Positions 1-14,257 of a stretch of DNA of 64,000 bases are shown here, in pieces. Each line of letters begins with the position of its first letter. The stretch's first letter is position 1. The notes under the pieces are model-generated. The model had not been told where the DNA came from. It saw nothing but the letters and a program-made list of their open reading frames with translations, and did not search any database. This stretch comes from the human T2T-CHM13v2.0 reference genome, Homo sapiens. A program made the translations under genes and the position numbers. The DNA is taken from the NCBI RefSeq assembly GCF_009914755.1, contig NC_060941.1. One strand, 5' to 3'.

Positions 1-329
1 TAACTGCCTCCAATTTCAATCCAAAGTTTATATGTGAAAAGTAATAACTAACTCTTCATCCTGAATAAAGCAGAAATTACTGTAAGTAACAAACAGAAGA
101 CCTTGAGTAATTGCAGAAAATTATGTTAGTTTAGATGACATGACAAAATCTTACCCAAGGCAATATTGTACAATCCCTGTTTTTTCAGAGAATAATGTAA
201 AAAAGGTCCATGACCAGTTGAGGTAAGTTAACCGAGGGCTTACTAGCCTACAGGAAAATGAACTGGAAGCCCTGTGAGGTCTTTTATGACCCTGTGAGTC
301 TGTGAAATGTTGTCGTTAATTCCCTGCTA

Positions 330-690
330 TCACCTCAAACACATAACTAAATGTATTCGCTGGCTAGATTCCCTCTTTCTGTCAATGGTACCAGCATTCT
401 TCCGGCCACCCAGGCTCAAAATTTTGTAGTTATTTTTCATTCTCTTGGCTTCCTACAGCTTAACCCAGTCACTTGCTAACTCTATTCAATCCTTTTATAT
501 ATCTTTCCCATCCAAGCCTATCTTGCTTGTCCTTTGCAAGACCCTAATTCAAACCCATTATCCTTTCATGCATGTTCAGTTGCAGGATCCTTGTAACTGG
601 ACTCTTTTTCCATCCAAGTGGCCCTGCATTCCACCAGTAGATCAACCTTCTTTAAGCATCATTTTGATCATTGTTATTTGTCTTCAGAGT
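330..690 (+). mobile_element. L2 LINE fragment
   Basis: ctgtcaatggtaccagcattcttccggccacccaggctcaaaattttgtagttatttttcattctc resembles the L2 3' core (aatggcaccaccatccacccagttgctcaagccagaaacctaggagtcatccttgactcc); boundaries approximate. Confidence 0.65.
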
Positions 691-739
691 CTCTGCCTTG
701 CGTTTATCCATGTGAAACAAGCTGGTGGTGAGTTCAACA

Positions 740-993
740 ACCAAAGGGTCATGTGATTAAATACATTTTGAAATGACTGCCTGCCCTAGCCTCTTAAAAA
801 AATTCACAATGCTTATTAGCACAACAATGACTTGAATAAATCTCCCAATAGAAAAATCTGCTTCATTTTACTTAACACACTCATGTCTCAGATTAGTTGA
901 ACACGAAAACCTGTTTTTTTTTTTAACTTATGTAAACATTATTAACATTTCTCAGATTGAATATTTTAAATAACATACATACTTTGGGAAACA
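740..993 (-). mobile_element. MER103C-like hAT-Charlie DNA transposon
   Basis: attcacaatgcttattagcac...ttgaacacgaaaacctgtttt...tattaacatttctc...ctttgggaaaca matches the reverse complement of the recalled MER103C consensus. Confidence 0.6.
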
Positions 994-1165
994 TTCATGA
1001 GAATCATAGCATTCGCACTCCTTAGCCTGACACATTTCTTCATAATCACGTCCTTGCTGTCCAGTCTTATATTCCATTACTTCTCCGTGGACATGGTCAT
1101 CCCCAGGAAGGCCCGTCCACTTTTCAGTCTATTCTCTCTGACCACTCTTACTATCCCTCCATTAA

Positions 1166-1392
1166 CTTTTTTTTGAATGAACTCTCACTCTGTCACAGGC
1201 TGGAGTGGATCATGCAGTGGCACAATCTCCCGAGTAGCTGGGATTACAGGGGCCCACCACCATGCCTGGCTATTTTTTTGTATTTTTAGTAGAGACAGGG
1301 TTTCACCATGTTGGTCAGGCTGGTCTGAAACTCCTGACCTCAGGTGATCTGCCCGCCTCAGCTTCCCAAGAGCTGAGCCACTGTGCCAGTCC
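1166..1392 (-). mobile_element. AluS with two internal deletions
   Basis: Alu hallmarks (gagtagctgggattacagg, ctcctgacctcaggtgatctgcccgcc); ~55 nt missing after cacaatctc and ~14 nt missing near the 5' end; flanks attaacttt/aataacttt look like a TSD. Confidence 0.9.
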
Positions 1393-1467
1393 AATAACTT
1401 TTATTCATTAATTTTAAGAAAATATCATATTTCATCCTTTTAGAATCAATTTAATGCCAACTCTTTT

Positions 1468-2083
1468 TTAAACATTTCAATGGTTTTGGGGGTACAGGTG
1501 GTTTTTGTTTACATGGGTAAGTTATTTAGCAGTGATCTCTGAGAATTTAGTGCACCTGTCATGCAAGCAATGTACACTGTACCCAATATGTAGTCTTCTA
1601 TTCCTCAATCCCCTCCCAACCTTCCCCCCTCCCCTGAGTCCCCGAAGTTGAATATATCATTCTTATTCCTTTGCATCTTTATAGCTTAGCTCCTACTTAT
1701 AAGTGAGAACATACAATACTTAGTTTTCCATTCCTGAGTTACTTCGCTTAGAATAATGGCCCCCAGCTCCGTCCAAGTTGCTGCAAAAGATATTATTTCA
1801 TTCTTGTTGATGGCTGAGTAGTATTCTATGGTGTATATATACCACATTTTCTTGATCCACTTAGTTGTTGGGCATACAGGTTGGTTCCATATCTTTGCAA
1901 TTGTGAACTGTGCTGCTATGAATATGCACGTACATGGGTCTTTTTCATATAATGCCTTCTTTTCCTTTGGGTAGACACCCAGTAGTGGGATTTCTGGATT
2001 GAATGGTAGTTTTAATTTTAGTTTTTTAAGGAATGTCCATACTGTTTTTCTTAGTGGTTTTACTAATTTGCCTTTCCACCAAT
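1468..2083 (-). mobile_element. L1PB-type 3' end, 5'-truncated
   Basis: L1PB 3' UTR (ggtacaggtggtttttgtttacatgggtaagttatttagcagtgat...) plus ORF2 C-terminal sequence; TSD tgccaactctttt at 1455-1467 and 2084-2096. Confidence 0.9.
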
Positions 2084-2619
2084 TGCCAACTCTTTTATGA
2101 AGACTTTGTAAAGCTCCAGCTTCAAACGGTGGATCAGTCTCCTATGACATGTGGGGTGCAGTAGTTATAACACTAGTAGAGTAATTCCAAATCCACTCAA
2201 CTCAATGTAGCAACAGTCTATTAAGTATCTTCTGGTTGCAAGGCACTTATGATAAGGAAATAAATTCTAGGATGTGCCACACTAAATTGTTCATGGGGTA
2301 TTTGTAGAATTGCAGCTATTGCTATAATGGTAATATACAAAGTACTAGAGAAACCTAGTTTATTCTGTTTGGGAATTAGGGATGGTGGCTCACATAAAAC
2401 TACAGAAAGGGGGTCTCTGAGCCAGCCTTGAATTTAATTAACATATTAAACAATGGTTACCATTAGACAATTCATTACGGTTAAATGATATCCCCGTGCT
2501 GAACTCACAAGCTATATTCCCTGACTGTGCTTCATGAGGCAGGGGACTCTCAGTCACCATCATTATTAATTAAGTTTCCTGATCAATTTGAGAACTATTA
2601 TTAAATATCTCTTCAATTA

Positions 2620-2790
2620 CTCATTCTTCAGGCTGTATAAACCCAGTTCATTTTAGCTTTTCTCAGAGGTCTGATTTTCTAAGCCTTTAATCATCATTTT
2701 GTTTCTTTGAACTCCCTCCGAAGTTTCCATGCCCTTCTTTACTTACTTCTACAACTAGTTACTATGCTGGATAAACAGCAGAGGAATGTC
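2620..2790 (-). mobile_element. L3/CR1 fragment
   Basis: cttcaggctgtataaacccagttcattttagcttttctcagagg...gaagtttccatgcccttctt resembles the CR1/L3 3' region, reverse strand; very diverged. Confidence 0.45.
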
Positions 2791-3339
2791 ATGGACAACC
2801 ATACCAAGTGGTGAGGTTTGATTGAGTTAAGCACCCAACTCACAAATACTTATTCAGAGTATCCCAACCCTGTAGCACAAAACTTGGCTGTGGCTCAAAA
2901 GTGTTTTAATGGCCTGTTCATACAGCATTACATGAGGGTGACGATTTTTAAAAATTCTTCTGGGCATAATATTAAACTACAGAAACCCCCAAATAAGTAC
3001 GTCCACCACAGCACCAGGTATTTTAAAGCTATTTATGATTTCCACTATTTATTTGCTTAAGTAAATATAGTAAAAATAGTTAAGATACATATATGTATGT
3101 GTGTATATATACACTATACTAAATACATATTTAATATCTAGTTATATAAAATTAAACAAGGCATGTAATCATTATTTTTTCACAGGGGTTTAAGTTGTTT
3201 CTTTATTGTTATTCAACAATGGCATGTTTCTTACTAATCAACAGAGAAGGAAAGTAAAATGCACCCTTAATTATAGATGAGCTTCCCTAAATTAAACAAA
3301 ATTTAAAATCGTAAATTTGTAGCACAATTGGCAAAGAGA

Positions 3340-4370
3340 GAGAGAGAAAAAAAGAGAATTAGCCCAAGAGCAGATTTCTTCAAAGCAACCATAGAGGTCA
3401 GAAATCAGTGGAATCTTCAAAATAAACGGATTGAGAAAGTACCCATCAGACTGGAATACTCCACTAAATTAATCCATCTTTAAGAAACAAGGATAAAATA
3501 ATAATATTTGCAGATAGGAAAACAAATTTTCCACTAATAGACTAAATTAAAAATATACTTCAAGGAGAAGAAAAATATTTCTAGGAGGAAATTCAAGATG
3601 TAAAAACAAATATATATTTTTTAAAAAGGTGAACATGTATTAAATCTAAACAAACAGTATCTGGTTTGAGGCAATAATACTAATGCTACCATTTATAAAA
3701 ATAAGTAATTTCTAAAGGGTGGTAGTAAAACACAGGAAATTGATAGCACGTAAATTGGAGGATATCAGGTCCTTACAAGGTTGTCACATTGTTGTATGAA
3801 TTCAAGATCAATCAAAAATAATAATTATAAATGGAAATAATGCATAAATATAAATACAATGGAAATTTTAAAAAGAATATGCAACCAACAACTCTTTTTC
3901 AATAAATTTGAGAATTAGATAAAATGGATAATTTTGCAAATATTGGTACTTAAGGAGACTATCTGGAAAAGCCTTATAATTAGACTTTAAAATTGGTACA
4001 TATTAAAATATTCTCACAAAGAAAATACCAAGAAAACAGTGTTTTGTAAATTTTCCCAAAATTTCAAGTAGAAGATTATAACACTCTTACTCAAATCTTC
4101 CAAAGAACAGCCTAAATCTCAACTCACTCCACAAATCCCATATAATCTCGATATTAAAGCCATGTAAGAAGAGTAAAGGAAGGAGAAAAGAAAGGAAAAA
4201 GTTATTTATTCATGAACATGGATGCAAAAATTCAAAGAAAGTACTAGCCAGCTGGATCTGACGTTGCATAACAGAGATCACACTACCATCAAACTAGATT
4301 TAATCTAGTAATGGAAAGGGTTGTTTAACATCTTGAAATTTGTAAATTCACCTAACTGTACAATACGAAT
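3340..4370 (+). mobile_element. Ancient L1M/L1ME fragment (ORF1 end and ORF2 pieces)
   Basis: gcagatttcttcaaagcaaccatagaggtcagaaatcagtggaatcttcaa (ORF1) and catgaacatggatgcaaaaattcaaagaaagtactagc (ORF2 MNIDAKIL motif); A-rich sense strand. Confidence 0.7.
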
Positions 4371-4377
4371 TAAAAGT

Positions 4378-4450
4378 ACCTGAGACAGAGAGAGGCTAAG
4401 GCAGCTGCCCCGAGACTTGGATCTACTGAGTGGCCGAAGTGGGATTTACA
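4378..4450 (-). mobile_element. MIR fragment
   Basis: ctgagacagagagaggctaaggcagctgcccc...gagtggccgaagtgggattt resembles the MIR core, reverse strand. Confidence 0.55.
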
Positions 4451-5961
4451 TGGGAAAGATAAAATAGTAACTGTCTCACACGAGAAAGACGAAAATTACA
4501 TGAAATAAATTACATAAGGGATACTGGCCGATATATGCAAAATAATCTACTTATTTTAGAATAAAAAACAGTATTATTTAAACTAGTCTATATTTTCCCC
4601 TGTTCTCCTGTCTTCATCCTTCACCAAACCTCTTGGGTTTGTAGCATTACAGGTATGGAAAAAGGAAGAATATTAATTATAGGATTGGCCTAAAATAAGT
4701 GATCTATCTATCTACTAGACTCTAGACAATGTAGAACGTCTTTAACTCTGTTTGTTGGGCTTTGAGAGGGGCAGGACAAAAAGGGAAAGCGGAAATTTGG
4801 AAGCTATTGTCAAGTGACAAGGTATATCAAACATGCTTAATTCTGATACACATCATGATCTAAAAGACTCAAACAGAAGGGTCTTTCAAATAACTTGAGC
4901 TCGATATTATATTTGAATGGTTCCAGATCACAGTAATGGAACCGGAATATGTTTTGAACCCTGATTTTAAATGTGTGTTACCTTTTTACTGCCTTGTAAG
5001 TAAATCATAGAATCACTTTTTTAGTATCATTTCACTTTTATGAGTATTTTTTAAAAACTCCTCTGCTAATGCCTGGAATCTCTCCATTCAGAGTTAGAGT
5101 CATAATCAGATTTGGCCAGTTGATACCAAGGCAACTGCCTGTGTGTTTTCTTTTGACTGTATCACGGGACACAGAACACAGCTTAAGAAACAGTCAGGAA
5201 AATGAGGCCTGTTTTTTTGAGGGGCTAATTAAGAAAGACAAAGTCAATTAACATCTGATTCCTCACAGGTTTCTCCAAGCAAATTGTTCCAATTACCCAA
5301 AACCAGTGAGCAAATTGTGAGGTCATTTAAAAGGAGCAGTCACTACTCCCTTGACACTGCCCTGCCACTGTGCTGTCAGATTTTCTGTGTATAGACCAAT
5401 TAAAGAGCAAATTGAAACATGCAAATTTTGGTGCAAGAATGTTCCCGTATATAGTAGCAATGTATTTATGAACCTAGAACTCCTATTTTATTTCCAGTAC
5501 ATTTCAAATGTAAGTTTATCTGTATCTTACATTTTTAAGTGTATTGCTTTCATTTAAATACAAAAATAAATGCAACATCTTTGCAAAGTGTGTTCAGTAT
5601 ATATGTTGTCACAGCCAGAACATTTTACAACAGTGTGGAATAAAAGATAGACTCCACTGTTACTGTTTATAGTCTGTAATAGGCAACATAAAAACAAAGT
5701 CCACATTAGTTATGTAGACGGCATACTTTTATGAGCCTGTTAAACTTTGTTTTCGCAGGCTATTTAGTCATTTCAAAATAAAGCCTAAACAAACTACCCA
5801 TATGTTTACTCTGTTTGTCACCAAGAATTAAGATTTGATCTCATTATATAGGTGGTCGTTAATGTAGAGCTGCAGAAATTTCTTTATCAAGTTTATTGAA
5901 GAAATTACAAAGAACCAAAATGGAATGGGCCAGCAGATAAGATAGGATGTAATGAGATTCT

Positions 5962-5969
5962 CTCTCTCT

Positions 5970-6004
<35 letters not shown>

Positions 6005-6102
6005 GAGATGGAATATCGCTCTGTCTCCCAGGCTGGAGTGCAGTGGCGTGATCTTGGCTCAGTGCCTCTTGGGTTCAAGTGAATCTCCTGTCTCAGCCTT
6101 CC
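5962..6102 (-). mobile_element. 5'-truncated Alu (right-arm fragment) with (TC)n/T tail
   Basis: cgctctgtctcccaggctggagtgcagtggcgtgatcttggctc; TSD gagattct at 5954 and 6103. Confidence 0.9.
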
Positions 6103-6567
6103 GAGATTCTTTCTTAAAGTGAACGTATTTTCAATGCCATCCTATGAGCTTTCCGAAAGAATCGGTAATATTGTTGTACTTAGGATAAATTGCATCTCCA
6201 CCCGGAAAGGGGAAGGAGTTATAACTTTGATTGATTCCTTGATTTCAAATTTTTGCACATGCAAGATTATTCAAATGACCCTTGATGTCCATGATTTTTA
6301 GAAGGATACAAACAAAACAGGTAATGTTTGGCCAGAATGGTGAATAAGTTAAAGGGAAAATTACTTGGAAAATAAATTCGAAGTCATAGAATTGTTTAAG
6401 GTTGAGAAAACAAGCCAGTTAGCCTCAAATACTTGAAACAATAACGTGTGATGGGGATCAGTCATATTCCATGGATCTCTCAGGATATGTAGGGATCTTC
6501 TCTCATATTAATGTATGAAAATGTCTTATCTGATTACTGTACATTCCCATTTGTAACTTTTTATTAA

Positions 6568-6904
<337 letters not shown>

Positions 6905-7009
6905 TGACATTTTTAAAGGAATTAAATGTAATGTTATTACATGTTGAGTAAAAATTAATTTATATATATTGTGTGTCTTCTCTGCACAAGACATTACACT
7001 GGATGATGG

Positions 7010-7155
7010 GCATCCATTCACCTTATTTCACGCTTACAAGAATTCTATGCAGTGAGGATTGTTATTTGTATTGTGGGCATTAGAGAAACAAGGTTGAGAA
7101 TGTTTAAATAATTTGTCCAAAGTCATGTTACTATTAGAACCAATATTTAAACTAG
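7010..7155 (-). mobile_element. MIR fragment
   Basis: gagaaacaaggttgagaatgtttaaataatttgtccaaagtcatg resembles the MIR core, reverse strand. Confidence 0.55.
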
Positions 7156-7231
7156 TTTTCTGTTGACAGAACTTTTTCATTTTTCTTATACTTTACAGTA
7201 CCAGTCAATACTTAAAGTATTTTTTCCAAAA

Positions 7232-7993
<762 letters not shown>

Positions 7994-8079
7994 TTATGTG
8001 ATCGAACTATGTATGACCTATAAAAAAATTCACTTTATACAGGATGATATTTTATCCATTCATGAATGGGCATTTCTTG

Positions 8080-8200
8080 TAAATTCAGTCAATATTCACA
8101 CATTCAGCAAATGTTCATTGAGCACGTACTATGAGCTACCATTCTGGTTATGGGATACATTAGTGAAAACAAATGCCAAAGATTTACATCCTCATGAAAA
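8080..8200 (-). mobile_element. L2 tail fragment
   Basis: cattcagcaaatgttcattgagcacgtactatg...atgggatacattagtgaaaacaa. Confidence 0.6.
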
Positions 8201-8429
8201 TAACCAATGACCATGAACAAGCAAGGTATATCCCAATAATTTAAACTAGACTTATAGTAAAAACTTAGTATCACACGTCATATGAATAAGTAAAAAGAAA
8301 AATCTCTCTATATATGTCTAAGGTAATTAATACTTTGAAAAACCTACTTGACATATGGAATAATAAAATAGATTCATATATTACAAATACATACATACAT
8401 ATATCACACATATGAGACATACACACATT

Positions 8430-8550
8430 ATTATTTTTTCCTTAAGATAATTCCCTGAAGTCTATTTGTCTTGGGTCAAAGGGCACATATACTCTTTTGA
8501 GCTCTAAACACAAATTTTCCAATTTTCCTTCAGAAAGTTTATGCCACGTT
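8430..8550 (-). mobile_element. Old L1ME fragment
   Basis: tttccttaagataattccctgaagt...ttgggtcaaagggcacatatac resembles L1M ORF2 C-terminal region, reverse strand. Confidence 0.5.
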
Positions 8551-9764
8551 CATTAGGTTTGGAGACTGGAGATTAGAGGGAAAAATGTTCTTTTATAGGA
8601 AAAACTTGCCTTCACTATTTAATTCATAAAACATGTAAGCTGGATGTGGGGATGGGAGTAAAATGCAGTTTAAACAATTGATATAATCAGCTTTAAGCTG
8701 TTCTTCTAAAAGATGATTTATAATCTCAAACTATATTGAGCAATGTCAGAATAATTATTCAACTAATAAAAATAAACAATTACCTGGAACAGCTTTGGTT
8801 TCAAATTGCCTGAATGCTTGTGGTAATTTTTCTCCTTAGAATCTTTTTCATTTGTTCTGATGTTTAAATAATGATCAGATGCACAACTAGGAAGGAAATT
8901 GGAAAACTATTACCTCAAGCAAAGCCTAACAAGAGGGTGTCACAATTTCCATCAAACCTTCGATTTGACTTAGACACACAATCATCCTGTTTAAAATGCA
9001 CAGTGACAGGGGAATAGACTGAATGACCATATTGATCCTAGGTAGCCAAAAAGATTATAAAATTCAATGACTTGTTCCCTTGTACTGAACAGAGCTATCA
9101 ACAAATGTCCACTCTAGCTAACAGCGAACCCCTTCTGCCTGCAGGGTAATAAATGAATAGGACACTAATTCAATGTGTGATTGACCAAGAGCAAAGCAAC
9201 AGAGGTACCTGTCTGTGATTTTCATCATTGCTGGGCTGAGTCAGCCGTCACTGGTTTTGGCTTGAGGACCACATTTCACTTTAATATTTCTGAATCAGAT
9301 TGGTGCTTCCTATCGGTTCTGCCTTAATGCTCCAGCTATCATCTCAATAGCTTATATAAAGTTAATTAAGGCTATCCGAAATGCAGCCTTTCCAGGACTG
9401 TATCTCTTGAGGCTCCATCAAAACTGCCTTGTCATAAAGTAGAAGAAACTAGCATGTTAATAAGAAGAAGAGAAATCTGTCCAACTTCTAATAGTCTTAT
9501 GATTCACCCTCCAATGGCTCAGAGGCCTTTCTGGACAACAGTGATTGCCATCTGGTTTCTTTGGGGATGATAAATTCAGCAATAAACATGGCTTTGGTCC
9601 TCTGTCCCTGTAAACCCAAGACACAAATATTGTGAGTCAGATGTTCCCAGCCAACAACACAACGGCTCCTGGGCTCAAGTGCTCATTTGACACAGCCCAT
9701 GCCACCCAACTTCAATTTTGCCTGGGCTACATTTCTTTTGGAGGCACTACAGATTTTTTTTTTA

Positions 9765-9797
9765 ACACACACACAGACGCACGCACACACACACACC
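9765..9797. repeat. Imperfect (CA)n microsatellite
   Basis: Directly visible. Confidence 0.9.
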
Positions 9798-11649
9798 ATT
9801 TTTTTTCAAGGAGGCAGGGGCATCCAGCCAAATAAACTACGTTAAGCAGTGGGTTCCATTTTAGGTGTTGACAGTGTATAATAAATCCAGGCCTACCTAA
9901 CATTTACAGGAACGTTATAAAATGAGTGAAATGGCATGAGCTGGTTGCCAGGCCAACCAGACAAACACAATAAACAGGCAGCAGTGACAGGAGTAAGTTA
10001 CACCATCTCTCCGGTCTGAAATATATCACTTTACATTAGCCTTTGACCACTTTGAAAGCTCTTTGTTTTATATTTTTCAAAATGCTCTTTTACAGCATAG
10101 ATTACCATTAAATCTTTTCAGATGAGGAAGTTTCTTTTTTTCCCCAAACTTGCATAGCTCTAGAAAGTGAACATTTATTTTTATTTTAACCCTAATTAAA
10201 AAATAAATTCAAGTCTTAGGAACAATGTTAAGGCTCAAATCCTGAAGGTCCCTTCTGGCAGATTAAAATGAAAAAAAAATCTCTAGACTAGAAAGAAAAT
10301 AAACAATAACAGTAGTTAGTACACTTAGTTGGTTTAAAATGTTCTGTTAAAATAGCAACATTTTGCAGTGCTATTTAACTCTTTAAAAGTGAGTCTGAAT
10401 TCTTAAGTACCTTTTCCTCTAATAGAGAATACATTTTAATATAAGCTTAGAGTTATAGAACATCATAGCAAAAGCATCTTAGAAATCTTTCAGCACAATT
10501 TCCCTACTTGACATAGAATAAAACAAAAATAGATGGGTTAGACTGAGTTTTTTAATTACTAAAGATAATGACATCTTATTTCTGTTATTTACCTATAAAA
10601 GTATTTATTTTTATTCCTTTAGTCAATATTCCTGTAAGTAAAAGATGCTCTATTGCACTTTGTACCTTGGGCAACAAAGTAAAGTAGAATAATTTAGAAT
10701 TGTCCATATAAAATGAAATAAAACTACTATATTTGCAAAAGATATATAGATACCTTTAATACCCAGTTTAATCAAACTTGTTTGACCCATGCAAAATATG
10801 AGATTATTAACTATTCTTCCAAAAGTCATACTGTGAATAGGGTGACTGACGATCAGTCTGCCCAAAACATTTCAAGTTTTAGCCCTGAAAGTCCCATGTT
10901 TCTGAAAACCCTCAGCCCTGGGCAAACAGGGACAATTACTTATCTATTTGTGAAGGTAATTTACTTTATTCTCATTGTTTCATAAAATATTTCATAAAAG
11001 TGTGTTTGTAAATTATTCTGAGGAAAATTTTGCCATTACTTCACTTGTTTATAATCAATAGACTCCACATATTTGAAATCTATTTTCTCCAGTGGGTGTG
11101 GTGTCTTTAGTATAAAAGACTTAGAATATGGTTAACTCATGCATCATGTTCAAGTTTTTAAATTGCAGCTATATCACTGAAAAATATTTCATGGCTGATA
11201 GAAAAAGTTATCCCAGTTTCCCATTGACTGATTGATCATTTCTCTACTTGTCCTACCAGGACTTTGCTTTAAGGAAAACAATGTAGGATGTTAAAAAAAA
11301 TAGAGAATGAGCAAAGGACAAGGTTAGAGGAAGCCTTCTGCCAGAACGTGGTTCTAACATAGCATACATTCGCAATTCTTCTTAAAAATGATACCAGGCA
11401 TCTCCAAAATTGATTGATATTTTACTGTTAATTGGCACAGATTTTACTATATTGAGCTAAGAAAAGGCATTCTTCTCCCTTTCTATGAGCAGAATTGTAT
11501 GTCAACTCTACAGATACTTCTTTAATAAGTTTTCTAATTCTATATTTTTGACATCTTATATGTCTACCTGTAGCTTGACATCCTAATCAATTACAGTTGG
11601 AGAAAATTAAGATTTTCTGATAAAAGTATTTCTGATAAAGAATAAACAC

Positions 11650-12130
11650 ATATAATTATCAGCCACAGTTCTTTACTCCATGTTGTTCCCACACCCTTTG
11701 CCATGTAACTTTGCAATTTCTTTCTTTAAGTAGGTGACGTCTATAGATTCTATTTGCTCACTCTGAATCCGTGACATGTTTCAGTCAATAGAATGCTATT
11801 GAAGTGATGGTTCACTAGTTCTGAGCCCAGGCCACAAGAGGTCACGTGCACTTCTACTTTTTCTACCTTTGCCATAAAAACATGCCTGGCTCTCCTGCTA
11901 GATATTGAGCAAACAGGCCCAGTAGCTATCTTAGCCCTGGCTGACAGTCACTTAACTGCCAGATATGAAAGTGATCCCATCTGAGGCAAGGGATCCAGCC
12001 AGGTGAGTCCAGCCCAACTAAACCACCAACTCCAAGACTCACGATTTTGAAAATTCTTATCTTCTTTTGCCACACAGATTTGATATGATTTGCTATGTAG
12101 TATTGCTGTGACAATAGATAACTGGTATAA
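11650..12130 (+). mobile_element. MLT1 (MaLR) solo LTR, MLT1G/H-like
   Basis: cccacaccctttgccatgtaactttgca...tcagtcaatagaatg...ttctgagcccaggccacaagagg...ttgctgtgacaatagataactggtata (MLT1 3' end). Confidence 0.8.
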
Positions 12131-14257
12131 AACTGAAAGTAAAGTGCCTTCATAGGCGGCTGCTATAAAAATATACAGACTCTGTAAAGAGTTGTAAAGA
12201 GGTTTTTGTGTCAACACCTTCTAATAATCTTAGGGTTTGATTGCAATTTTACTGAAGTCCATACTCCAAGCCACCTAATGCTCACATGCTTCTCCCTAGC
12301 TGCTTGGTGACCCTGCTTCAGGTACTTATACCTCATAATGTACTCAAGCATGGCCATTATGTCCACAAAATAAAGATGGAACATACTGCCTTAGTGGTCA
12401 TATTGCATTAGTGCATGGCAGTAGTTAGCCTCTTGATTTAAATAATGCACGGAGCCTATTTGAGGAGGTCCATGGTATATTTATATTTCAGTTCTAAAAT
12501 ATCCCAACTGGCTACCACAGCTAGAGCTAATTAATCAACTGGTTAGTTAATATGTTATTGCTAGAGCTGCATCTATGCCCAGCACGATAGCTACGTTTTA
12601 GGGATACTGATAGGTTTAACCATGCACACTGGAGAACTACTGCAAAAAGGTATCCTGTGCATACTTTAGCAAATTTAATTTCTACCACACTATTGCTAAC
12701 TGGCAACTGTCTCTATTGATGTTATTCCATATACAGGATTCAGTGAATAGAGTTAAAATTTAAAACTTAAATTTTCTAACTTTGATTATGGTCAGAAGTC
12801 TAGCATAATAAGTGGTTATTAAAGGAATAAAATAATTAAGGAAAAATGTAAAGAAACAATTCTATGTCCTATAAGAGACATAACTTGCTTTAATAACTAG
12901 GCATGATGAAAAAATGTAGTAATAAAACATAGAAATAATGTTAGAAATAAAGTGTTAGAAGATAAGTATAAGAGAAAACATTTTTCGTTTCAATAAGGCC
13001 CAAGAGAACCCTTACAATCTACAAATAGAGATTCTCCTTGGACCACAAAAGGCAAGACTGTTAATCTTTCTGTAACTACCTTGACATCATTCTTACCATA
13101 TCTTATGGCCATTTCCACTACATAGCTTCCAACTAAAAACAAAGGAACAAACAAAAACACTGTGTAAAACAGGTACAGATATTCTATTGAACAACCATGG
13201 TTATTGTCCTGACATCTACCTGCAGAAAATAATCAATCACCAAAGGGAATCGAAAAATGATAAGAAGGACAATATTGAATGTTACAGACTGTCCTGAAAT
13301 ATAGGAAACCTTATTTCCTTATCCCCAAGTTTAACAGTACTTCACTTAAAAGGTAAAAAAAAAAAAAAGGCATACTAGTCTAAAATGTCTCAGCTACAGA
13401 AATTTCTAAATGATCCATCTTGGAGTAGCTGTCCACAGCTGAATAAAATTGCCTTAGTGCATGAATCACTCTTAGGTTTTATTCAGGTTCATTACTATGT
13501 GTTATTTCTCTCGGCTACCCTTCCCAATCCTTGCTCACCATGCTATTTGGAAATCTCTAAAGGAAGGGTGGGGTGAATCCCATGACTCCTGCTCTCTTGC
13601 CATTTTTAGCTGCCTGCAACCTTTCCTGGCTGCCAGAATTTATAGACTTGGGCTGAGTGGCCTTGCCAAATAACAAGCGTCTGGCTCATGAATCCCGAGG
13701 TGGACTCTTATTAAATGGAAACGTGTCCACTCCACCATATGAAAGCAAAGAAGGGGCTTGAAATGTCAATGTGTGAAAAGTCAAGGTTAATGGAGTGCAA
13801 GGTTTTTACAAGAGAACCGCCACCCTGCAATGACTAATTAAACCGAGTGAGGTCCAGATGGCAAGCATCTTTAAAGATGCCAATTATAGATTCAAATGTT
13901 TTTGTGTGACACTGTTTTCCTAGAAAGATTAAGTAGTAATGACGTCTTGCTTTCAGTGTGAGATATCACTTTATTCCATCAGTGATCTGGCCAATACCTG
14001 GCCTTGGCTGCACGTATTTACACAATTGATGCTACCTTCATAATATGAATGGGCGTAGAGCAGACACTTAAGTTAAATTTTAACTTAATTAAAATTTAAG
14101 CTATCTGTAGCCAACCTAGAAAAAGTGAGTGGATCTCTGGTCAAAAATGAAATTTTCTGTATTTGTATTACCACACTCCGGCATGATTACCTGGGCTCAT
14201 TTTTGAACAATCATTTGGAAAAATCAATTTTGAACAATCATTTGAAAAAATACTTAC

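Noticed and set aside
445-756. 103-aa ORF
   Set aside because: Overlies a decayed L2 fragment
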